A stretch of DNA of 64,000 nucleotides from NCBI GenBank assembly GCA_964188305.1, contig OZ076890.1, one strand, 5' to 3'. This stretch comes from Podarcis bocagei (taxonomy: Eukaryota). Under the pieces are notes generated by a model. The model was not told where the DNA came from. It did no database searches and was given only the letters and a program-made list of their open reading frames with translations. A program made the translations under genes and the position numbers. Of this stretch, positions 26,770 through 40,019 are shown piece by piece. The stretch's first letter is position 1. Every line of letters starts with the position of its first letter.

Positions 26770-26975
26770 AATTTTCTACCTTTCCTTCAAGGAGCTCAAG
26801 GCACTATTGCATGAGCTCCTTGGGTGAAAGGCATTGTACATGGTGCCTTCATCTTTTAATCCTCAAAACAAGGATAGGTTAGATGGGAGATAGGTTAGGC
26901 AGCGACTGACCAAAGGTCAGCCTAGGAGCTTAAAAGAATTGGAACCTTAGTCCCTTCAATCCAAGTCCTGCAATC
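26770..26975 (-). mobile_element. Degraded MIR/Squam-like SINE
   Basis: Reverse-complement similarity to 7056-7270 (CCTTTCCTTCAAGGAGCTCAAGG, ATCCTCAAAACA); boundaries approximate. Confidence 0.55.
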
Positions 26976-26977
26976 TA

Positions 26978-27316
26978 AGTCTACGTCCACACCATATATT
27001 TACAACTCTCTTGCATCACTCTTGTATCACTTTAATAGTCATGGCTTCTCTCAAATAATCCCGGGGACTGTGATTTGTTAAGGTTGCCGAGAGCCGTTAG
27101 GAGACCCTTGTTCCCCTCACAGAGCAACAGTTTTCAAAGTGACTTGACAATCAACCTGTCTTCCTGTGGAACTCTGTGAATTGTAGCTCTGTGAGGGGAG
27201 CAGGGCATATCCTAACAACTCCCAGTTTTTATAACAAAGTAAATTTCCCAGGATTCCTTGGGAGAAGTCTTATGTGTGGCATGGTACTGCTTTAAATGTA
27301 TAGTTTGGATGTGGCT
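26978..27316. mobile_element. Degraded palindromic MITE (possibly Harbinger-type)
   Basis: Long imperfect inverted arms: TCCACACCATATATTTA / TAAATGTATAGTTTGGA and CCCCTCACAGAGC / GCTCTGTGAGGGG. Confidence 0.6.
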
Positions 27317-28448
27317 ATTAACTGTTACGTCACACTGGCTCTCAGGTAAAGCTCACTACTTGGGATCCATTCTCGACGCTCTGGTATCTGCAAACCTTAG
27401 GCAGAATGGTAGGGTTGAGACTTCGCAGTTTTATGCAGGTCGAATCCATGCATTAAAAAATAAGGATCAAGTCGTTAAATCAAATAGAGAGGAAATAGAA
27501 AGTCAACAGTTGCAGTAACAAAACTATTAAAAACAAAATTAAATATCTGACGAACCATTGTCATTTCAGTTGCTTGTTTCAAGATAAATACAGTCTAGAA
27601 GCTGCTCCAGAGGAAAACACCCAGATTTATTTTGAGCATGCCATAAAACATAAACATCACATAGCATTTGATCACGTTACCCGAATGTGCCTGGAATTAG
27701 ATTTCAGGTTGATTTATCACTGTAAACATATGTGACACGATGTTTAGACACAAGAGTAGTCAGCTGAAATGATAGTAAAATACCTCAGAAAACAGCTATT
27801 ATACAAACACAGAATAATAAACACAGAACATGTCTTAGGCCTGGGGAATGATTCAGCCCCTGCTGTCAGTGGAGAAAGGGAAATATCTTGAACCATATGG
27901 GGTTGTTTATTTTGTAGATACTTACAGAACAGTGCCCTGATCTCCATTTATAACAAAATATTAACTAGATTACCTGGGCAAATATGTAGAGGGTCATGTG
28001 TTGAGGCACAAGTTTGGTCAAGGTGTCCTTTTGATCACTTCCCACCCTGGCACTATCTGATTAAAAGCAGTCAGGGTTGGTGATCACACATCACCTTTTC
28101 CTCCATGGACTTCAGAGCTGCATATATAGTTCTTCCCTGCGAGGTAGTCAACGTCAGATTATGAAAGGGTACCATGAAAAGGCAGAAATCAGGTGATAAT
28201 TTTTCTTACTAGTAGTAAAATTTTGTCATGGATGGGTTAGGGCATGTGTGGAAGGCTCACAGAATAGGGTTCCAGTTGGTGAGGGCCAGTTCATGGCAGT
28301 GTCAGAGTAGGCTTTTCTTTCCAAGCACCATGCATCATTTTTCCATGGGAGCACTTGTTGGTACTCTTGGAGTCAAGATAAAGTTCTGTCCTAGTAACGC
28401 AATTCGTTGAAAATTCAACTGCCAAGAGTTAAGCTTGTCAATATAGAC

Positions 28449-28720
28449 CATGGGTTGGCAAAGTAAGGCCTGCAGCCCGGATCAGGCCCAATTGCCCTCT
28501 GGATCTGGCCTGCGGATGGTCCTGGAATCATCACTTGGATCGGTGCAATCATTTGGGCTGTGCCATTATTATTTTTTTGCCATGTTTTCAGGCGCCCTTC
28601 CCCCCCCCTCACACACACCGCGGTGGCGCCTCCTCCCTCCCTTCTCCTGGCTTCTCCCCGCCCTGTGGAGGAAGGGAGCTCGGCTTTGATTGGTGCCAGC
28701 CAATCTACATAGAGGAAGAA
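28449..28720 (+). mobile_element. Truncated hAT-Charlie-like element 5' end with GC-rich interior
   Basis: CATGGGTTGGCAAAGTAAGGCCTGCAGCCCGGATCAGGCCC resembles Charlie-type ends; preceded by ATATAGAC (Charlie-like target); second TIR not found. Confidence 0.55.
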
Positions 28721-29379
28721 AACATGTCCCCAGTCTCCATAGATTCTGGAATAAAATGTCATGTGAACGCAACCATAAATTCCTTCCTGTCCTTTTTTTT
28801 TTTAAAAAAAGGAAATTATACGTCCCCATCTCCCCCCCCCCCCAGTTCTAATCTGCCCTTTACCATGTGATCTCAGGGCACAGATACATCACACCCAGCA
28901 TATTAAAATATAACAACAACGTTATAAAATGCCACATTAATAAATGCACAACATCAGCAGCGCAGTAGGTGGGAAATAAAAAGACACATTGAGTGGCTCA
29001 ATAATAGCCAGAATGCTGATAAAATAAAGCTTTATTTATGAACCAAGTGGAAACTTGGAAGTGACTGGTTGAAACATAATTTACTGTGTGATGCAATACG
29101 GCTGAGCTGCCACCACATCATAAAACATATGAATTTACATACCTTTGCTTCTGAAAAGGAGTATGTTTTACCACATATTCTCAAAGGATATCGTTTTCAA
29201 GACTTGGGGTGGATTTCAGTGTCGTGCTATTATGAAGAGTCAGTCTGCACAAGCATTGCAGCTTGCCAGATGGAATGGGGATCCCCTCTCCTAACCCTGT
29301 GTGCTGTTGTGGGGATTGTATTGATCCCCCGCTACGAGCCTATTTTAAAGCACCTTGTAATTTTCCTCTGAAGAGGATT

Positions 29380-29382
<3 letters not shown>

Positions 29383-29439
<57 letters not shown>

Positions 29440-29587
29440 CTTTTTGCTCCAAACACATATTGTCATAGGGAATAAATAACTCTCTTACACCTTCTCTGCA
29501 CTTCCATTCCCAGCTCAAATTAATAAGAGGCAGCTTGCAGGTGTTTTGTTTTTGTAGATCTCTTTCCTTCCCTCCCTCCCTCCCTCC

Positions 29588-29648
<61 letters not shown>
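29383..29648. repeat. Two compound (CT)n(CA)n microsatellites
   Basis: Seen directly at about 29383-29438 and 29565-29648. Confidence 0.95.
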
Positions 29649-29651
<3 letters not shown>

Positions 29652-30207
29652 TCATGATCCCCCTGCATGGAGCATCCTTGTTAAAATTTCAGCAAGGGTC
29701 ACAACATCTCCTTGGTGGGTTAGAAATTCCATGACTCCGGCAAGTATTTTCAGGGAAATGCTAAACATAAAACATCTGTGAAAGGAATGTTCTTTATTTG
29801 AGAGGATTCTTGCAAGTGCAGTAGGTTAAACCTTGGCCTTGGAATTTCCTCCCCTGCTGATAGTGGTTACATATGGTAAACACAAAATAGGTTGGGTGTA
29901 AAGTCAGCAGGGGTCAGCCCTTGTATGGAAAATGGGAGGGAGCGACAGCATCCGTTTCCAAGGCTGCATTTGAGAACATGGAAACATAATCACATATGCT
30001 TGGCCCCACTGGAAATAAAACCAGAAGCATAGATTTGTAAAATGTTGTGTATGTAGGCATCTCGGATCTTTCTCTTTGTCAGATATCATTCAGTTTTTCC
30101 AGGCTTTTTTGTTTTGTTTTTGTTTCTGTAGGCAGGATGGGTGGGATGAATACTTAGCAACGTGGATATCAAATTGTTTGTGCTTCAAGTGGGCGCACAC
30201 AACTGTC

Positions 30208-30924
30208 TGTGACCAGCAAACTGTATTAGTGCTAGAACTGAGCAAGATTGCTTGAGATGAAGAGACAGCTTGACAGAGAAGCTTGTGGGGGTAGCTGTTA
30301 ACCCTGCAAGAACTCAGGAGAAACAGAGTGGCTTATCTCTTCACAGTTGATCGCCTCCTCCTGGCCATCTACTGGCTCATTGTTCACAACTGAACCGTCT
30401 ATGACAGCCCATGAATACCTTTTTACCGGCCCACGAGCCACCCCTGAACCGAGCCACCCGCTCGGTGAGTCCCCCGTGCGCTACGCTAAATTGGCGCGGT
30501 GCGGGAACTCGCCGAGCGGCACCAGAAATTGCATCTGCTCATGCGCAGATACTGGAAATCACATCTGCGCATGTCCAGACGCTGAAAATCTCCTGAGTAG
30601 ACCCTTCCTTCCAAGGAGCCCCCTGGTGGGAAAGCTTTTTGGTAGCAAATACCAAGGAGCCCCCTGGTGGGAAAGCTTCTTGGTTGCAAATAAGCACTCT
30701 TATCCTGTCTCTTGGGCTTCCCACTGAGTGTCCTGCTGCCTTTGTTATTGAGTGTCCAATGCCCAGATGAAATGCCCATGAGGCTAGGTGCCTTGAGGTG
30801 CCTTAGGTCTGCAGTGGGTTCTTCTACATCCCCAGCTATGTCGGGGTCCTCTATGGGGTCCCACTGCTCTTTTTTGGAGGAGGTCTCCTGGGGGTTCTGG
30901 TTGGGCAGGGTTCTGTCAACAACA
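30208..30924 (-). mobile_element. Probable degraded solo LTR with internal 41-bp tandem duplication
   Basis: Minus strand TGTT...ACA ends; motif block shared with 2747-3323; CCAAGGAGCCCCCTGGTGGGAAAGCTT duplicated at 30611 and 30652. Confidence 0.4.
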
Positions 30925-33900
30925 GTCATCTCAGAGCGGTACTGAATGCACGCATAGCAAGCGCTCGGACAGAATAATGGTGGCAACTGTTGGGTCAAAA
31001 CACCTCTATCGGTTCCTACAATTGGAGCCAACTTGTGCAGGATAGTTTTGCCCGGTACAGCCGAAATGAAAAACTATGGTTTCTCTTTATGCTCATGATA
31101 CTAAGGTCATTGGCTCCCTCCACTAGCACAGCCACAAGGCGGAGATTGAACATTTCTTCTACAGATTTTAGTTAACCACAGTTTAGTGTTGTTCCAAATC
31201 CAAAACTGTGATTATGATTTGCTGAAATAAGCCAGTGTGCTTTGTAAGTTGTGAATTGAAGTTTGCTCGTTTCAGTAAACCATAGTTAAAATTATCCACA
31301 ATGTGATGCCAGATTCCCTAAAATGCCTTGTAACTGTGATTATTCTGAAACAGATTGTTGTGCATTCTTTTGCTAGTGATAACAAAAAAAGTATCCATTC
31401 CTTTTTTTAATTAAATGTCAGGGGTATTTTTTTGTCTGACAGTAGATGGGGAACATCAGTATAAATTTCAGGGGTCCATTTTAAAAAACCCTAATGAGAT
31501 GTGGATTATGGACCAATTTACAATATCAACCCTAGCTATCCTTCAAGTTTGTTACAGCTGATACATAGCAAGTGGTTGTCTAGTGACAAATCGAGATCAG
31601 TTTTTCAGCCTGTGATGATGTGATTTCTTCCACATGTTTAATATCTGGCTGTGAATTGATCTGAGTGTGAAACAAGCCAGAAAGCTGCTTCATTGTGATG
31701 GTCAGCTACAATGGACACTTGTGTGTGTATTTGGGACTGATCTAGAGTTGGGTGACTCCAGTTGATAAAGTTGAAAAAGATGTTGACTTTTAATAGTGTG
31801 GAGGATGGTGGTTCTGTAATAAATTCTATCGCAAACTACAATGTATAATATAGCATGTGAGCACAAAGGTGATGGAGAAGGGACATGAAGTAAGTAACTT
31901 AATATAGCATTAGATCATCAGTTGATGGTATCAGCTAGTTGGCATGAATCACTTGATCACCAAATAGTTTAACCTTGGGTTTAACAACTTATACGTGATC
32001 AGGAATTTCAGGCAGGCAAGCAATTGGGCTAGCATGGAAATAAAGTGAACAGAACGAAGCAGATTGCTCTTCTTGGTATAAGGGAGTTATTCCACTAGCT
32101 TTGTATCAGGCTGGTATTTTTGTGGCCTTATATACAAGGCTGAAGTACTTCCCACTTAGAAATATTGTGTATTCCTATTTTCCTAAGCTGGTCAGTAGGA
32201 CTTCACTCTCGACCCTATTTGAATCAAAGTTGTTTTCCTTTAGTTTGAAAATAGCAAATCATTCAACATTTGAAATTGGGTGGGCATCCAGCTATGTCTG
32301 ATTACGTCATTGACTTTATCTCCTACTGTGAGTTACAGTTTGTTGAAATTTATAAGTGGGTCATTTTCATACTTAACAGCTGTGTCGCATCAACAGGGAT
32401 GCTTCAGTGTAAAAGACTTAACTAATTCTGTGTACAAATGAACTTCATAGATCATCACAAAGTTACGAGGAACAAGGATGAGAATGAAACTAGGGGATTC
32501 CCAGATATTTTTTGAGGTAGGACCATTGTGACCCTTGTGTTCTGAAACAAATATGTTGTGCCAACACACTTTCAGCACTCATGTTGCATGGCTGGACTTA
32601 TTTCATAATTGCAACTCTTGTTCATAAACTTTCCACTGTTTTGTGCTGGAGCAACTAATTCATGTGAGTGTTGCCCCATCACTGGCTTTATTTATTCTCT
32701 TCACACAGCATCCTGTTGTGGAACAGCATCCCTGTTGAGATGTGACAGGCACCCTCTATTTGTACTTTCTGGAAACAATTGAAGACATTTTTCTTTTCAC
32801 AGTCTTTCAGAGCTGGATGAAAAGCAGGGAGAGAAGCAGTCAGGTTTATTTTTAGGTCTTTGCCTTGTGAGTTAACCTGTATTTGGTTGTTTTTTTAATT
32901 GTTTCTAAACCCATTTTTGCTATTTGTATTGCATTGTTGCAAATCACCTTCACATTTACATGAAAGTAAAACACACGAATTCAAATAATATAGAGATGTG
33001 TGTATATATTGGCTATGCTGGTTTTTTAATCTTAAAAGTGGCAAAATTTAAATTCTCTGGTTCAGCTACATCTCACCCGCCACTAATTTATTTGCTGTTC
33101 AACCCCAAGCAAGTTTATCCGTATCAGAATCTGAACTTGAAACTTGTTAAGAACACAAGAATCTGAATAAGCACAAATGTCCTCTTTTTATGTCAAACTG
33201 GCAACCTAGCAAGCATCAGTGCATCTCCAGCACAAGCAGCTCATTATCCAAGACTTGGACATGTGGAATTGCAAGCTATAAATCTACTAGAGGAGGAAGT
33301 AGGATGTCTGCGGCTAATTTGGAAAATGTAAAAGGTCAATTGACTTTCTGAGATTCAAAAAGAAATCCAGCGTGCTCATACTAAAGTGAGGACTTCTTAA
33401 TGTTGTCTTTGGAGTGTAAAATAAAGGTTTGCACTAGCCTACTTTGCCTAGAAAGCTTGAGGGTTGACTGATCTGAGTACTTTGATGCTGAGATATCTCA
33501 GGCGCTGGACGATGTCAAGGAACTAAATTAGAGTGGTCATGTGGCCAAGGTTACAGCGCTTGAAGGTGCCACCTCATTCAAAGGGCTATGAGGTTCAAGT
33601 CCAGGTTAAAGAAGGCAGAACTGTGGTGGAGTTTGAAACTGCCTATCAGCAGTTATCACTTGGGCAGCAGAGTGAGTAGGCAGACAGGCTCACTTGGTCA
33701 CAGTCTTCCCCACTATGGTGAGATGCATTGTATTTCTTTTTAACTTTATAGTAATTATTTTGAATGGTGCATCTAAACACATAAATCAGCATGCACATAT
33801 TTTATACAGCTCCATGCTCTCTTTGGGGGTGTTTGCTTTTCCTCTCCCTCCCCCTTTTGTTTTTGTTTTGTGATGCATCTGTGGCCACACTAAACTACAT

Positions 33901-35394
33901 GTTGGGAGGCAAATAATGGAATGGGGAAATGCCTCTTTAACTGAAGAATGCAAAACAACAGAATTTTAAAAGCCAGAACTGACTCAAACTTGTGGGCATT
34001 CAGTGGGACAGTTTTCTGGCAAGATGTGCTACTTTTCCACATGGAGGGACCTTTTAAATGGGTTTTTTTGGTTAATGACCATCTTAAGTGCTGTCTCCTG
34101 AAGAGCTACAAAAGGAGGTTGACTTTATTCACATGAAGAAATGCAAGGAAAGAGGAACACGTGTCTGAGAAGTCTCCTTGAGCAGGGAAATCAACCAACC
34201 AGTTTTTGCTGTAAGTTTGGGGGGCAGTGAGGCAGGGGAGACAAAGGGGAGCCTGTACATACAATCTAGCAAATAGCAAATTAACAATCCACAACTGAGT
34301 CAACAAGACTTCCAAATAGTTTACCAAATAAGGGCATGGACTTTCAGTAGTTTCTTCAGCCTGCTTACCAGAAGGCCATTGTGGCTTTGTGTGTCAAAGA
34401 TTGGGACCTGACAGGAACAGGGCAGAGCTGCTGTGCTCAGGCAATAATTCATAGAGAATTATCTTTTTGATCTAGAAGGTACCATTACATATACGTATGT
34501 TCATGAGCTCACTGGCACCAAACAATGCGTTCAGATGTGATGTCAGGTCAAAACAGATCAGTCTAACACAGGGATGGGAAACCTGTGCCCTTCAGATGTT
34601 GTTGGACTCCCAACTGGCTATGATACTATGGCTTACGATTTCATGGAACGTGGTTTCTCCTTTCTTACGTATGACCCATATAAATATCTGGAAACATACC
34701 TAAAAAATGAATACTACAGATGGACGGATGTGTATCCCAAATCTGTATTTGAATTGCAGAGTGCAGTTCTAGAGATGAGTCCATCTGTTGCAGTTTGCTG
34801 CTTATTTGGGGAGCCAGGAATTTTTGTGGTGCCACATTACTTCTTTCTGAGCAGGTCAATATATTATGGGACTGGTCCTGGAAGAGGAAAGCTGCATGTT
34901 TTCTGGCTCACAAGAGTAGTTCACTTTTGGATGGTATCCTTAAGCAGAACTGTTTTGTGCTGGACCATGCATTTATGTTACACTGCATCCTGTATTCATG
35001 ATGCCGGAAGAACAGCAGCAAGTCTAAAGTCATTTTTACAAGGATAATCATCCAAAGCCACAGAGCATTTCAGAATTATTGGAGGAGAATGATGAATATC
35101 TGCTTGTCTTGGCCTTAGGCTTTCATATGTTGCAAATGAATGGTAGTGATAGCCTGTGCATTTTACAGATTTTCTTTAAAAAACAAATGTATAAAAATAA
35201 ATCAAGGCAGGCAGTTTGGAAATACTTAAAGATTACAAGGGAGAAAGAGCTCACAGGTGTCTTTCATTGACACTTGCCGTCTGCTATGGTAAAGTAATAA
35301 CAAATTTTATACTGTAAACCTAGAAAATAAAAATACTGAAAAAATAATGAATGCTGAAAAAATTGAATGTGCCAGGCATCCTGTGCCCATGTGT

Positions 35395-35612
35395 TTGGTC
35401 ATGTTGTTTGGTTGCCTGATTGTCATCTTCCAAAGCGACTACTGTATTCCGAACTTAAAAATGGAAAGCGTAATGCTGGTGGTCAACAAAAGAGGTTTAA
35501 AGACTCTCTCAAGGCAAATGTAAATAAAAAATATTATGAACACCGACAACTGGGAAACAGTGGCCTGCGAACGCTCTAGTTGGAGAACAGCCTTTACCAA
35601 AGGTGTCATGGG
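35395..35612 (+). mobile_element. RTE (BovB-like) LINE 3' fragment
   Basis: Translation GHVVWLPDCHLPKRLLYSELKNGKRNAGGQQKRFKDSLKAN matches the RTE-clade C-terminal motif. Confidence 0.85.
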
Positions 35613-35731
35613 CTTGCAATGCTAGTTGCATTGCTAGAGTAGTATCATTGCAGTTTTAGGTTCTATAATGTTGCACTGATATAACCACATCCTAGCAGAT
35701 ATTAATTAATTCAAGGTACTTAATAGCATGC

Positions 35732-36096
35732 AGGATGCGGGTGGTGCTGTGGGTTAAACCACAGAGCCTAGGACTTGCCAATCAGAAGGCTGGCGGTTCG
35801 AATCCCCACGATGGGGTGAGCTCCCGTTGCTCGGTCCCCGCTCCTGCCAACCTAGCAGTTCGAAAGCACATCAAAATAGGTACAAAGCAAGTAGATAAAT
35901 AGGTACCACTCCGGCGGGAAGGTAAACGGCGTTTCCGTGCACTGCTCTGGTTCTCCAGAAGCGGCTTAGTCATGCTGGCCACATGACCTGGAAACTGTAT
36001 GCAGGCCTCCCTCGGCCAATAAAGCGAGATGAGCACCGCAACCCCAGAGTCGGCCACGACTGGACCTCATGGTCAGGGGTCCCTTTACCTTTACCT
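35732..36096 (+). mobile_element. Sauria SINE, full length
   Basis: GGATGCGGGTGGTGCTGTGGGTTAAACC head, GGTTCGAATCC B-box, (ACCTTT)n tail; TSD TACTTAATAG(C/A)AT. Confidence 0.93.
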
Positions 36097-37615
36097 TACT
36101 TAATAGAATAACTTTTGAAATAACCAAAAGCCGAATTAATGATAGATATCTGCAAATGATCCACCAGAGTTCAGATACTGTCCATTATGCAATTAGCTAC
36201 GTATGTCTATGTCTTGTTGGTGACACTTATAGACTGTATCTGCTTTGCTCAGTGAGGCTGCTTTTATTGGCTGCATCTCTTACAAAGGGCTTTTAAGATG
36301 GCAGGAAAGGCTGTTGTTCTGGGCATTACACAATTTTCATCTAGATTAGTTTTGTGTTAACATTTTATTGGTTGCACTAAATCAAAGAAGTATATTTTTC
36401 CAATGACTTCTTGTGGAATACTGGGGCAGAGGACCTTATTACAATTATTTTCTCATCCGGCATGACTCAAAAGCTGTCACAATTGCCCCAGCAGCTATGT
36501 CAGTGGATGGGCGTTGCTTCATAAAACAGTGCCCCTTCCTTTTGAAGCAAATTATGCCGTGTGCAAAATCAAATGGGAGAGTCCTTTCAGGGTCATACTA
36601 CTTCCGTCTGCAAATGGACATTAAAATATGAATATACAGTACAAAAATGAATCTGACTGGCATTCTGAAGTGACTTCCACAACTCTGCCTCATGATTTTG
36701 CTGAAGCTGTGGTTTAGAGATAAATGGCAGACTGACTCACACAGCTTGATTTCTGATAGCGGACATAGCCAAATCTCCAGTTGTAGATTCTCCACATGGG
36801 TTACTGATCTACCTCTGCCCTCACAACCATTCACAACAAAGTTCAGGGGTTAATTTGAAATTGCAGTGGACTTCACAGGCAGATGACAAAATGTGGACAG
36901 GCATAAAACAAACCTGACGTCTGAAACCACTTGAATTATAACTCTCAGAGCTCCTATGATTCCCAAGATGATATCAGTCAAGGCTGGGGAACCTGTGACT
37001 CTCCAGATTTATTGTATTTTATTTTTAAGACCCACCAACTCATAAGAAAATATAGTGACAGGGCATAATAAAAACATTAAAACGTAATGAAGTCATAAAA
37101 TACAGAACAAATGACCAACAAGTGAATCTAATTAATGCTCTGACAATGCTTGGTGAAACAGAAGTGTTTTCAGCAGGTGATGAAACACACACACCTTTTA
37201 GCTATAGAAATATGGCAATGCATATTATTCGACCTTAAGGGGCTTGTCTATTCTATCCCAAAAAATGGTACAATGCCTATGTCCTCACTTGCTGTTTTGT
37301 GTGGTATTGTTTATCTGCTGAATCTCCCCGTAGAAATTAAACAGTTTTTGTTATTTGAGAAAAGAGAGTGAGATACACATTTTTTATTAGACCATGTAAG
37401 CTTCAGTTACATTTCCCTGTACTACCTTTGAAAATACCATGTAAATTTTGTTGATTCTTAAAAGTCACCCAGTTGTCTGTAGCGATGTAATGCAAAAGAG
37501 TTATGAATATCTTCGCTCAAAAATCAGGAAGTTGCTCCAACAGGGGGAAGAATTATAAAAACATAGCACTGTTAGTCTTTATCCAACCCCTCCCCCGAAA
37601 AAAAACAACATTATG

Positions 37616-38014
37616 TTGTTGTTTTTTAATAAAATTTTTATTGGTTTTACAAAGTTTTTATAGACAAAAAACAAATAAACAAAGACACTTACAAACATGT
37701 ATAATTTCATATCCTTTTTTTCTTAAACCTTACTTCGTCGACTTCCCCATACCTCCCCTTTCTACATCCCAATTTCCAAAGTTATTTCAGCAAATCCTAA
37801 CACTTAATTTTATCAAATTTTTCCCTTATTCTTTTCTTTTACTTAATGTTTTTCAGCTGTAAGCCCCTTTTCCCCCCTCAAATCTCGACATTTTAGCACT
37901 CATTAATTTTACAATATTTCTTAAGATAAACTTTAAATTTCTTCCAATCTTCTTCCTCCGTCTCTTTCCCCTGATCTGGTTTCTCTTCAGATCGTATAAA
38001 TCTTTCGCCTTTTA
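37616..38014 (-). mobile_element. 5'-truncated L1 (ORF2 C-terminus plus 3' UTR)
   Basis: Minus-strand ...EEEDWKKFKVYLKKYCKINEC* resembles an L1 ORF2 end; polyA signal (TTTATT on +); TSD AAAAAAACAACATTATG on both sides. Confidence 0.78.
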
Positions 38015-38380
38015 CAAAAAAACAACATTATGCCCCACATAAATAAAGTACAAACAGTACTTCCAATGTTTTTGATGCTCATTTTGAAAGCATTCATGAT
38101 GCTCAGCTCACTTTTATCCAACAGAGGTAGCATATTTTAGCACTCATTAATTTTACAATATTTCTTAAGATAAACTTTAAATTTCTTCCAATCTTCTTCC
38201 TCCGTCTCTTTCCCCTGATCTGGTTTCTCTTCAGATCGTATAAATCTTTCGCCTTTTACAAAAAAAAACAACATTATGCCCCACATAAATAAAGTACAAA
38301 CAGTACTTCCAATGTTTTTGATGCTCATTTTGAAAGCATTCATGATGCTCACTTTTATCCAACAGAGGTAGCATATTTTA
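37890..38380. repeat. Tandem duplication, about 244 bp x2
   Basis: 37890-38133 repeated at 38134-38380; ATTTTA microhomology at the junctions. Confidence 0.95.
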
Positions 38381-39777
38381 TAAATGGAATGTCATTCATT
38401 TGTTGGCAAAAGTCTACAGTATTGGCAAATAGGGGATTGCGAACATTTGGGCAGATATGGGGGTTGCCAGCATGGTGTTGGTGGAATTATTATTTTGATT
38501 TATTAAATCAAATCATTTGCCAGTTGTTTGAAAACAGTGTGCAATGCTAAGATCCAGATCATAAGCTGAACTGAGATGATGTGAGATATATAAACGCTAG
38601 TGGGACCTGCAACAGAATGTTGCCATGTGGATTTCTTGTGTTCAGGGTTCCTTCCAGCTGCACCACACTAGCTGTTTAGCTGTATGTGGTGCCTGTTGCC
38701 CCGATACTACCCTTCTGTGAAAAACCAATTACAGTATGGTTATGTTTAAATTCTGTGAATGAAACTATGCTAAAAGGAATCCGTTTGCTTAATCCACTAT
38801 GAAGTTTTGCTGAGAAATCCGAACCCCTTGTGAATCAAACCTGGTATGTCAGCTGCTATGTGATGATATGAAAATATCATTTCTTCAGTTCTTTACAAAA
38901 TTTAGCGTTTTTCAAAATTTAGCATACAGACTCAGCAGTTGTTAAAACCATTTTTAAAACATTTATTGCACTGCAGTATTGGTTGGAAAAATAAAATGGG
39001 GCGGTGGGGAAAACTAAATCAGAATTTGGTTAGCAGCTTACTATTTACATTTCCCTTTCTTTGCATTCTGAACTTGAAGATCAACTCACCTCTTAACAGG
39101 TAGGGGCTTTCACCATGTGAAATTTTTAGAATGCGTTTGCTTCACCACATTTTTTGAAGTCAACATGGTCTTTCCCTGTTCATGACGACGATGGCGCAGT
39201 GCCCTGTGGGGCCGCTTAGATACTACATGCTCTCCCCATGTGTTGTGGCACCTGCTCCCACATTGTTTGGTCCATGTTGCATTGGTAGCATCTGCAGAGA
39301 AGGAATCACATGGGTCAGGCAGACGACAGGATTCCTTCCCATGGCATTACTGAGCTAGCAACACCATTTGCAGATATTACCAATGCCAGCTGGGAGCAGA
39401 GCACTGCAAAAGTAACATGCGAGTCAGGTCTTATAACTGGCACACTTTTGGAATACTTGTTTTTCATAGTGGCTCACCACATGATAAAAGCAGCTGCAAC
39501 TTCTTTGCCAAATGTCATGTTATTAATATGGCTTGTTACAGGTTGATAGACCCCCATGCGGATGTTGCTATTCCTAGGTTCTGTTTTACAATTAGTTTGT
39601 CAGGGCGAAAAGTTTGCTAATTTATTCTGTATTGAATTCGCTTGCTGGTGGAGGTTTTAATAAACCACACCCATACTTTTGAGCTTGTGCCATTTTTATA
39701 AGCTAAGACAGAAAGGTCAAAATATATAATGGGGCTTTGGACTGCGGTCACTTAATCTGTGTACAGGAATCAACATA

Positions 39778-40019
39778 CAGTGGTACCTCTGGTTACGTAC
39801 TTAATTCGTTCTGGAGGTCCGTTCTTAACCTGAAACAGTTCTTAACCTGAAGCACCACTTTAGCCAATGGGGCTTCCCGCTGCTGCCGCACTGCTGGAGC
39901 ACGATTTCTGTTCTCATCCTGAAGCAAAGTTCTTAACCCGCGGTACTATTTCTGGGCTAGCGAAGTCTGTAACCTGAAGCATCTGTAACCTGAAGCGTAT
40001 GTAACCCGGGGTACCACTG
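39778..40019 (-). mobile_element. Tigger/pogo-like MITE, family A copy 3
   Basis: TA|CAGTGGTACC...GGTACCACTG|TA. Confidence 0.92.

Noticed and set aside
30131-30188. Exon after a strong acceptor (TTTCTGTAG)
   Set aside because: No convincing donor; the T-tract is a simple repeat.
30486-31031. 181-aa minus-strand ORF
   Set aside because: It overlaps the putative LTR and a tandem duplication; no gag/pol or other motif.
34574-35047. 157-aa ORF
   Set aside because: It starts within a degraded MITE end and shows no recognisable domain or exon structure.
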